From the NCBI GenBank assembly GCA_964483665.1, contig CAZACP010000001.1:141896-205895 (forward strand): a DNA stretch of 64,000 nt, in the 5' to 3' direction. Origin of the DNA: an uncultured Candidatus Saccharibacteria bacterium. Its GTDB lineage: Bacteria > Patescibacteriota > Doudnabacteria > UBA920. The translations under genes were made by a program, and so were the position numbers. A model generated the notes under the pieces. It made no database searches. It worked only from the letters and a program-made list of their open reading frames with translations, and had not been told where the DNA came from. This document shows, in pieces, positions 57,149 to 64,000 of the stretch (positions are counted from its first letter, which is position 1; each line of letters begins with the position of its first letter).

Positions 57149-58253
57149 TCTCGGTTATTTCCTTAATAATTATTTTAGCAATCTTTTCGTCCGAATTCCT
57201 AGGCATAATTTTAGAAATTTGCGAAGAAAGGGTTTTTTGAACGCTTAGGTTAAATAACAAATCCCTGACAACTTTGTTTAAAACCCGGGCGGTTAAAAGC
57301 GACTGCTCTATTACAATAGCCGCGCCCAGGCTGTGCATTAGCCAGGCATTTAACTGCTGGTGGCTTTTAGGCATTGGAACCAGTATGGAAACCTTTTTTA
57401 AATTGGACAATTCGGTTAGGGTAGAAAGACCGCAGCGCGAAAGCACAATATCGGCCGCGGCGTAAGCTTCACCCATACTGGCAGTAAATTCCATAGGAAA
57501 GTAGTTTGGCCGAACTTCCGAAAGACTCTTGCCGCTGCCGGCAATATGTATTACCTGAATGAATTTTGTAAGCTCAGGCAGGGCTGTAATTATAACCTTA
57601 TTTAGAGCTTCCGAGCCAGTACCGCCGCCTAAAACCAAAAGCGTAGGCAATTCTTTTTTTAAATTAAAAAATTTTTCGCCGTCGGCTTTGGTAAAGTTTG
57701 CCAAATCTTTCCTAAACGGATTACCTGTTAAAACAACTTTGTCCTTAAGCTTTTTGTAAAATAAGCCGACGCCATTTTGAAAATCCGTTAGAGATTTTTC
57801 AAAAGTTACGGTAATTTTGCCAGCCGGGATTTGACAAAGCTTGTTTGCCAAACTCGGCACAATGTCTTGCTGGTGCAAAATGACCGGAATACCCGCAAAA
57901 TACGCGGCCCAAACCACCGGCACTTGTACAAAGCTGCCCGTTCCAAATACCGCGTCTGGCTTAAAGTCCTTAATTATTTTTTTTGCCTCAAAAAATCCCG
58001 CAATGGTAAAAAACGGGCTTACAAAATTTTTTAGGGAAAAATATCGCCTAAACTTACCTGCCGGAATGGAAACAAAGTCTAAACCCGCGGCAGCTGCCAT
58101 TTTTTGCTCAGGCCCTATTTTACCGCCGACAAACAAAAATTTAGCGTGCGGCTGTTCTTTTTTTATTGCCTCTGCCACAGCGAGCAACGGGCTAACGCTG
58201 CCCCCGCTGCCCCCGCCGGTTAATAATATTTTCACCCCGTTAAAAGTAGTCAT
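57132..58253 (-). CDS. murG: Undecaprenyl-PP-MurNAc-pentapeptide N-acetylglucosaminyltransferase
   Basis: TGGGSGG, HQQD, TGNP, LGGGTGS and HQQLNA motifs. Confidence 0.93.
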   Translation of the reverse strand: MTTFNGVKILLTGGGSGGSVSPLLAVAEAIKKEQPHAKFLFVGGKIGPEQKMAAAAGLDFVSIPAGKFRRYFSLKNFVSPFFTIAGFFEAKKIIKDFKPDAVFGTGSFVQVPVVWAAYFAGIPVILHQQDIVPSLANKLCQIPAGKITVTFEKSLTDFQNGVGLFYKKLKDKVVLTGNPFRKDLANFTKADGEKFFNLKKELPTLLVLGGGTGSEALNKVIITALPELTKFIQVIHIAGSGKSLSEVRPNYFPMEFTASMGEAYAAADIVLSRCGLSTLTELSNLKKVSILVPMPKSHQQLNAWLMHSLGAAIVIEQSLLTARVLNKVVRDLLFNLSVQKTLSSQISKIMPRNSDEKIAKIIIKEITENARKF

Positions 58254-58342
58254 TTATGAATTAAGTCTGTAAATTAATTAAATTGAACCCCTTTATATTT
58301 TACTACAACTTCAAACTGGGGGTCGTTAGAAGTTATTATTAA

Positions 58343-59470
58343 TTACTTGTTTAAAATCTGATTGTAAACCTCCAAAGTTTTTTTTGCGGTTTCCCGCCAG
58401 GAAAAACTTTGCGAGCGCTTAAAACTTTTTTCAGAAAGGCTTTGATAAAAATTCGGATCTTTGGCCAACAGGTGCATTTTCTCAGCTATATCGCCCGGTT
58501 CAAGCGGATTAAAATATACCGCGGCGTTGTCATAAATTTCGTTAAAAACTTCCGTATTGGAAACCCCGAGCGGCAGGCCGAAATTCATAGCTTCCACGCC
58601 GGGCAGACCGAAACCCTCATGCAGGCTGGCTGAAACAAACGCGTAAGCGCCTTTGTACAAAGCAGAAAGCTCTTCGTCTTCAGGGCTAGTAACAAACACC
58701 AACCGATTTTTGTTTGCAATATCCATCGCGCTTTTTTTTATAAGCGGGTAATGCGGGTCGCTTTTACCGACAATTACCAGATCCATATCGAGTCCGAAGC
58801 TTTGCAAAAAAATATCAAAACCGCGGGTTAAATTTACAACATTTTTCTTTCTTTCCAAAACCCCGACAAACAGAAAATACGGTTTGTCCAAAAAGTAGCG
58901 CTTTTTTACGGCCAAAACTTGCTTTTCGCTAACATTAGCATTTAAGGAAGACGCCTCATAAATTACCTCCACCTTGCGGGGCAAAACATTTAAATGCTTA
59001 ACAATGTCTTTCTTGGAAGACTCCGACACGGTAATTATAGCGCGGGCATTTTTCGCGGCTTTTTCTATAACTTTTTTATAGGCCAAAAAATGAAAATACC
59101 GGCTTTTTTTTGCCCCGCTGATTTTGTGGTGAACCATATCGTGAATAGTTACCACATATGGTTTTTTATAGAAAATGGGCACATTAAAATTCGGAAAGTG
59201 CATTAAATCGCAATTTTCTTTATTTAGCAACCCTAAAAATGCGGTTTGTTCCGAAATGGAATAATGGCGCGAAGTGGATGCAATAAATGTAGCATTTGAA
59301 TATTTTTTCAGCTCACGCAAAATTTCCGGAGCAATATAATTTTGTCTATAAAATAGGCAGTAAGAATTTAGCGTATCCTGTTCTAAAATATTTTTAACCA
59401 ATTCTAAAGTATAGCGCCCGATGCCGCCATTCTCAGTTCCTATTAATCTGCAGTCAATGCCTATTTTCAT
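58343..59470 (-). CDS. Glycosyltransferase family 4
   Basis: GIGRY, TIHD, RKKN and EGFGLPGVEAM motifs. Confidence 0.93.
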   Translation of the reverse strand: MKIGIDCRLIGTENGGIGRYTLELVKNILEQDTLNSYCLFYRQNYIAPEILRELKKYSNATFIASTSRHYSISEQTAFLGLLNKENCDLMHFPNFNVPIFYKKPYVVTIHDMVHHKISGAKKSRYFHFLAYKKVIEKAAKNARAIITVSESSKKDIVKHLNVLPRKVEVIYEASSLNANVSEKQVLAVKKRYFLDKPYFLFVGVLERKKNVVNLTRGFDIFLQSFGLDMDLVIVGKSDPHYPLIKKSAMDIANKNRLVFVTSPEDEELSALYKGAYAFVSASLHEGFGLPGVEAMNFGLPLGVSNTEVFNEIYDNAAVYFNPLEPGDIAEKMHLLAKDPNFYQSLSEKSFKRSQSFSWRETAKKTLEVYNQILNK

Positions 59471-60639
59471 TTAAAATTTTCAAAAGCGGTTAATATTTGG
59501 CTTGCGCTTTTTTGCCAGGAAAATTCTTTAGCGCGCTCAAGCCCCTTTTGAGCGAGCCTGTCTCTAAACTCTGAGTCCGTTAATAAGTGCTGTAAAGCAT
59601 GGGCAATATCTTTAGTATTATACGGGTTAACCAATAATGCCGCATCGCCGGAAACTTCAGGTAAAGCCGTGACCTGGCTGGCTAAAACCGGAGTGCCTAA
59701 CGAAAAAGCTTCTAAAATTTGCATGCCAAAACCTTCATAAAAAGACGGGTAAACCAGCACCGACGCCATTTTAATTAAAGCGGGTTTTTGTGTTTCGCTA
59801 ATATAGTCTAAATAAATAATTTTATTTCTTTTTTTGCTATTTTGAATTTGTTTAAAAATCGATTTGTTTTTCCACCCGCTTTTTCCTGCAATTACCAAAA
59901 AACTTTTAGAATCCAAAACTTCAAACGCCTTTATTAAACCTTCCAAATTTTTTCTTGGCTCAATGGTATTTAAAAACAAAATGAACTCCCCGGGTAAATT
60001 TTTTTCGTTCCGCAGCTGCCTAAGCTTTTCTTGGTTTATTTTTTTACTAAAAGCTTCGCTATCTACGCCGTGGTGTACAACTTTAATTTTATTTTCCTGT
60101 ATTTGAAATAATTTTAACAAATCTTGCTTGGTATATTCGGAAACCGCAAAAATTAAATCCGCTCTTTCAAAAGCTTTTTTGTAATTTAAAAACCAGTGCC
60201 AAAGCCTTCTTTTTGAATCGTAAAATTCTGGCGCCACCACCGGGGAAAGGTCATGAACTGTTAGCGCTAGCTTGGTGTTGGGCAAAATATTAAATTGGTT
60301 TAAATTTGGCATAAAAAACCAGTCTAATAGATTTTCCCCTCTCCCTTTGGGAGAGGGGTTAGGGGTGAGGGTGTCAGAGTCCGATATAAACTTCTCGATA
60401 CTGGTAAGTCCAAACTTAAAAGCTAAATTCAAAAGTTTGTTTGGAATTCTACTTAGCGCCATTTTTGAATTTACATAATGGTAGTCCGAAGGCAACCTGG
60501 CTTCGTAAGCGTTATAAAAAAGCGCGTAGTTATTTTTTTTATCCTGCCTAAGCAAATTCTCCACAATATTCATTGTATAGTTTTCCACGCCGCTTATGCT
60601 GCCGCTGGACAAACTTCTTAAATCAATCGATATTTTCAT
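59467..60639 (-). CDS. Glycosyltransferase family 4
   Basis: TVHDL, EPRKN and EGFGMQILEA motifs; contains an in-frame palindromic insertion. Confidence 0.93.
   Translation of the reverse strand: MKISIDLRSLSSGSISGVENYTMNIVENLLRQDKKNNYALFYNAYEARLPSDYHYVNSKMALSRIPNKLLNLAFKFGLTSIEKFISDSDTLTPNPSPKGRGENLLDWFFMPNLNQFNILPNTKLALTVHDLSPVVAPEFYDSKRRLWHWFLNYKKAFERADLIFAVSEYTKQDLLKLFQIQENKIKVVHHGVDSEAFSKKINQEKLRQLRNEKNLPGEFILFLNTIEPRKNLEGLIKAFEVLDSKSFLVIAGKSGWKNKSIFKQIQNSKKRNKIIYLDYISETQKPALIKMASVLVYPSFYEGFGMQILEAFSLGTPVLASQVTALPEVSGDAALLVNPYNTKDIAHALQHLLTDSEFRDRLAQKGLERAKEFSWQKSASQILTAFENFK
60335..60371. repeat. Palindromic element in frame within a GT4 gene
   Basis: tcccctctccctttgggagaggggttaggggtgaggg, encoding LTPNPSPKGRGE. 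Confidence 0.7.
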
Positions 60640-61703
60640 AGTTTACAAAACCGGCTTATTGACTCAATGAATTTTTTCTTGCTGAATTTCTCCGCCTGAA
60701 CGCGTAAATTTTCTTGCGTGTATTGTTCCGGTTTCCAGTTCAAAATAATCTGCTTAATTTGTTTTTTGTTGGCGCTTTCAAACAACTCTCCTGTTACGCC
60801 CGGTAAAACTGTTTCTAAAGCTCCGCCTTTAGCTAGCGCTATGGTTGCCGTACCGCAAGCCGCAGCTTCCAGCGGCATAAGGCCAAAATCTTCCATTTGC
60901 GGGTAAATATAGCCCAATGCCCCGCTATACTCGTCTCTTAAAGTATTATCGTCAACAGCTCCTAAAAAGGTTATATTGGGCCTAGAAATGGATTTTAAAT
61001 ATTCTAGCTGCCTGCCGGCGCCAACCACATGAAGCGGTTTTCCAAGCTCGTTAAAAACTTGAATAATAATTTCATTGTTTTTATGCGGCTGAAGCCTTCC
61101 GGCTATTAGAAAATAGTCTTTTTTAGAAATTGTTGGCTGCCAAAAACCAACGTCAACACCCGGGTACACTACCGTACAGTTGCGCTGATACACGGACTCT
61201 ATGCGCTTTTGCACCTCCTGGGAATTAGCAATAAATTGCGTGACCCGCTTGCTTCCTAACAAATCCCATTTGCGCATTTTAGAAAGCAAGTAGTGGACAA
61301 TTGGCCTGAGTATAAAAGGTACTTCTTGCTTAACATAATTTTTGTCTATCCATAAAAACCTTGGGGGCGTGTGACAATAGCAAATATGCCTGGTATTTTT
61401 GGGCACTCGGATATTTTTAACAAACCCTGAAGATGAAGAAATTACCAAATCAAAACCTGAAAAATCAAAATTGTTTACTGCCCAGGGAATAAATGGCAAA
61501 AGATACTGAAGTTTTCCCAAAGCCAAATACAAAGTTTGAAGCGGTGATGTTCGAATCTCCCAATTTAAATATTTTACTTTATATTTTGGATCAAAAACCA
61601 AAGTATAAACCGGGGCATTTGGAAAAAGTTCGTGGAGATGATCAACCACTCTTTCCGCTCCGCCCATTTGTGTGAAACTGTCATGAACAATAGCAATACG
61701 CAT
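60636..61703 (-). CDS. Glycosyltransferase family 4
   Basis: MRIAIVHD..GGAERV, YCHTP and EDFGLMPLEA motifs; likely start 61703. Confidence 0.93.
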   Translation of the reverse strand: MRIAIVHDSFTQMGGAERVVDHLHELFPNAPVYTLVFDPKYKVKYLNWEIRTSPLQTLYLALGKLQYLLPFIPWAVNNFDFSGFDLVISSSSGFVKNIRVPKNTRHICYCHTPPRFLWIDKNYVKQEVPFILRPIVHYLLSKMRKWDLLGSKRVTQFIANSQEVQKRIESVYQRNCTVVYPGVDVGFWQPTISKKDYFLIAGRLQPHKNNEIIIQVFNELGKPLHVVGAGRQLEYLKSISRPNITFLGAVDDNTLRDEYSGALGYIYPQMEDFGLMPLEAAACGTATIALAKGGALETVLPGVTGELFESANKKQIKQIILNWKPEQYTQENLRVQAEKFSKKKFIESISRFCKL

Positions 61704-61812
61704 AATGACAAAAACGACGAAAATAATAAAAATGACAAGAATTAAAAACCACAAATTTATTTTGGTTTCATATTTTTGTCATTTTTGATCATTTTTTTAA
61801 ATTTTGTCATTA
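61704..61812. repeat. Degenerate 9-nt tandem repeats in inverted arrangement
   Basis: aatgacaaa aacgacgaa aataataaa aatgacaag ... facing tttgtcatt-type units. Confidence 0.55.
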
Positions 61813-61814
61813 TT

Positions 61815-63266
61815 TTAATAGTCGTCTTTCGGTTTCTTGCCAAAAAACAACAGCCAAAAACTTTTAGCCAAAATTTTTATGTCGAGTCCCAAAGACCAAT
61901 TTTCGATATAGTAAGTATTCAACCGAATTTCCTCTTCAAACGGCAGGTCCGGAAAATTTACCTGCGCCATTTGAGACATGCCGAATATTCCCGGCTTTAT
62001 GCTAAACATTCTTCTGTACCTGTTCCTATAGCGCTCAACCTCGTCTAAAACGTGGGCTCTGGGGCCCACCATGCTCATATCGCCTTTGAGCACATTCCAA
62101 AACTGCGGAATTTCGTCCAGTTTGCTCCGGCGCAAAAACTTACCAACCCTGGTTACTCTCGGGTCGTGTTTGATTTTCAAAAATGGGCCGTCTTTTCCCC
62201 CGCGGTCATTTTTCTCCCAAAGCTGCTTTCTGACTTTTTCCGCGTCGTGTCCGCCATATCCCGCGCCGACGGAAAGATGCTGGTACATTGTCCTAAATTT
62301 GTAGAACTTAAAATCCTTTCCCCGGCCCCCGCGCATAGCCGAATAAATGGCCTTGCCCGGGCTGTCTGACTTAATAGCAAGGTAAATTATTAAAAACAAT
62401 GGACCGGTTAAAATTAAACAAATTAATGAGGCAAATATATCCACCAATCTTTTTATAACCCGCCCCCAACCGTCGAGCGGGGTATTTTTTAAGCCAATAA
62501 CTGGCACGCCCTGCAAACTGGAAAGTTCAACAATATTTCGCTGGGCTTCAAACAAATTCGGCACAAAACTAAACTGCAGGCCTTTTCCGCGGGCAAACTG
62601 CACAAGCTGAAAATTTGCCTCGTCGTCCAAATTCGGATTGGCCTGTAAAATTTCGTCGATTTGGTTTTTTGAATACAACTCTTCCAGAGTTTGCAGAGTC
62701 TGTTTGTCGTAGCTAAATTCCGCCACCACCGAATAACCGTGCTTGCGGTTTTTATATATTCTTTCCAGTATTAAGGTTTCTTTCGCTTCCCCCCTAACCA
62801 CGGCCAAACGGTGTAGTCCCACGCCTTTTTGAAAATAGTATTCCTGCAAAAGCTTTAAAAACAACCTGCCAAAAAATAAAAAAGTTATGCCCAAACCCCA
62901 GGCTGCTAAAATTATGAACCTAGAAGGAAAAATGTCCTGAAAAAAGTTTTTATTAAAAAAGAATACTAAAATTATAATAAGCAGGCTTAAAGAAATAGCC
63001 GCTATAATTTGACCCAATTCCCGCGCGAAATTTCTGGTTCCCCGCAAATTATATAAACCAAAAGCCGCCAAAATAAGTATTAAAACCGGTATAGTTTTAA
63101 TACTTAAAAGAAAAAAGTCATGGAACTGCAAATTAAAAGCCAATGGGATTTTGGCGACTACGCTGGGCTGAAGTCGCAAGTAAAAAGACGCCACTGCTGC
63201 AAGTAAAAGCATAGCGGCATCTGTCGGAATTGCCACAATATTAAAGAGTAATTCAGAGCGTTTCAT
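61815..63266 (-). CDS. Polyprenyl-phosphate sugar phosphotransferase (WcaJ/WbaP-type priming glycosyltransferase)
   Basis: KRLVD, YKFRTM, DPRVTRVG, LDEIPQF and GDMSMVGPR motifs. Confidence 0.94.
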   Translation of the reverse strand: MKRSELLFNIVAIPTDAAMLLLAAVASFYLRLQPSVVAKIPLAFNLQFHDFFLLSIKTIPVLILILAAFGLYNLRGTRNFARELGQIIAAISLSLLIIILVFFFNKNFFQDIFPSRFIILAAWGLGITFLFFGRLFLKLLQEYYFQKGVGLHRLAVVRGEAKETLILERIYKNRKHGYSVVAEFSYDKQTLQTLEELYSKNQIDEILQANPNLDDEANFQLVQFARGKGLQFSFVPNLFEAQRNIVELSSLQGVPVIGLKNTPLDGWGRVIKRLVDIFASLICLILTGPLFLIIYLAIKSDSPGKAIYSAMRGGRGKDFKFYKFRTMYQHLSVGAGYGGHDAEKVRKQLWEKNDRGGKDGPFLKIKHDPRVTRVGKFLRRSKLDEIPQFWNVLKGDMSMVGPRAHVLDEVERYRNRYRRMFSIKPGIFGMSQMAQVNFPDLPFEEEIRLNTYYIENWSLGLDIKILAKSFWLLFFGKKPKDDY

Positions 63267-63292
63267 GAATTAATTATACCATTCAGGCGTAT

Positions 63293-63326
63293 AAAAAAAA
63301 AGGGCCGGCAGACGTCCTGCCGACCT
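63293..63326 (-). terminator. Intrinsic terminator
   Basis: ggcag/ctgcc-containing hairpin followed by a long U-tract on the minus strand. Confidence 0.6.
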
Positions 63327-63347
63327 ACGGATTGTCCCGGGTAGTAG

Positions 63348-63614
63348 TCAATTAGACGGGCTTTCGGTTGTCGAATCGTCATTGCGGATGGCAACCACAT
63401 TTGAGCCAAAAAACTTCTTTAGCTCATTTTGAAATGCGTTACTGCCCATTGTGTTAGCCAGATACACCCAGGTAACCTTGCAGCACGCTCCGATCAATGA
63501 CCAAAGAATTATCTTTTCCTGGGTCAGCATTTTGTGCTGGCTCAACCACAGCATACTTCCGACAGAAAACAAGGCCCCACTCTCAAAAAGCAAACTGACG
63601 GCGATCAAAAACAT
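63348..63614 (-). CDS. Small hypothetical membrane protein
   Basis: 88-aa ORF with AAGGAG ribosome-binding site, two hydrophobic segments and a terminator downstream. Confidence 0.5.
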   Translation of the reverse strand: MFLIAVSLLFESGALFSVGSMLWLSQHKMLTQEKIILWSLIGACCKVTWVYLANTMGSNAFQNELKKFFGSNVVAIRNDDSTTESPSN

Positions 63615-63662
63615 ACTCCGCTCCTTATTTGGAATTGAATATCATTTTATCAGCTTACAAAT

Positions 63663-63699
63663 AAAAAAACAAGTCTCTTTAAGAAGAGACCTGTTTTTA
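63663..63699 (-). terminator. Terminator after rnpB
   Basis: aaac..gtctct/agagac..gttt hairpin with U-tract. Confidence 0.6.
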
Positions 63700-63705
63700 T
63701 GCTTC

Positions 63706-64000
63706 AAGCAAACCCGTAAGCCGAATTCTGTTTTTCCGCCTTCGCATAAAGCTATGGCGGATCGCTGCTATTATTTAAAAATAATGTTAGCGAAAATAAT
63801 CATCTATCTGCCTCGTCAATTACTTGACGGGTCGAGCAGCCTACCAAACTTGGCCTTGCACTCGGGTAAGAATTTAGCCGTTTCATCCTAATGTTGCCAT
63901 TAGACAATCCCCATAAGGGACCCTAGCCTTTCGGCATTGGCGTTTCTGTTCGCATCTCGTGGATTGCTCCAGACGGGCGTTACCCGCTACCTGTTTGATA
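63706..64000 (-). ncRNA. rnpB: RNase P RNA, 5' end beyond the window
   Basis: Reverse complement has GGGUAACGCCC, GAACAGAAACG, GAUGAAACGGCUAAA, GAGUGCAAG, AGAUAGAUGAUU and the 3' AACAGAAUUCGGCUUAC signature. Confidence 0.92.

Noticed and set aside
61704-61754. Signal-anchor-like N-terminus of the third glycosyltransferase
   Set aside because: Derived from the 9-nt repeat tract; the GT4 consensus starts at MRIAIVHD.

Overview
AT-rich chromosomal segment in standard genetic code with almost every gene on the minus strand (only trxA and a trpR-like gene on plus). Gene content (DUF4012, short AtpH, VirD4-like ATPase pair, SecA with an expanded SEC-C motif) points to a Patescibacteria/CPR bacterium (inference). 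Housekeeping content: tRNA-Asp, tRNA-Met, tRNA-fMet and tRNA-Thr; a complete F1Fo ATP synthase operon interrupted by three extra ORFs; a P-type ATPase; peptidoglycan and division genes (murI, murJ, ftsW, murD, mraY, murB, murC, murG, a DD-carboxypeptidase, an LD-transpeptidase); lepA, secA, secD, secF; an M1 aminopeptidase; three GT4 glycosyltransferases; a priming sugar transferase; and the 3' part of RNase P RNA. Highlights absent from the ORF track: (1) a complete classical tryptophan attenuator (leaderless 24-aa Trp-Trp leader peptide, alternative 1:2, 2:3 and 3:4 helices, U-tract terminator) plus TrpR-type operators and a divergent trpR, with no trp biosynthesis genes downstream, only small unknown ORFs; (2) a 774-nt group I intron in tRNA-fMet carrying a frameshifted PD-(D/E)XK homing endonuclease in its P1 loop; (3) a family of 20-30 nt palindromic mini-elements inserted into the intron core, RNase P RNA and one TrpR operator (an intact paralogous copy of that operator is present), plus other palindromes and heptamer repeats read in frame in MurB, SecA, MurD, the aminopeptidase and a glycosyltransferase; (4) a 22-aa Lys/Arg-rich microprotein; (5) a candidate Na+ riboswitch. 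All calls were made by eye; no database searches were run.
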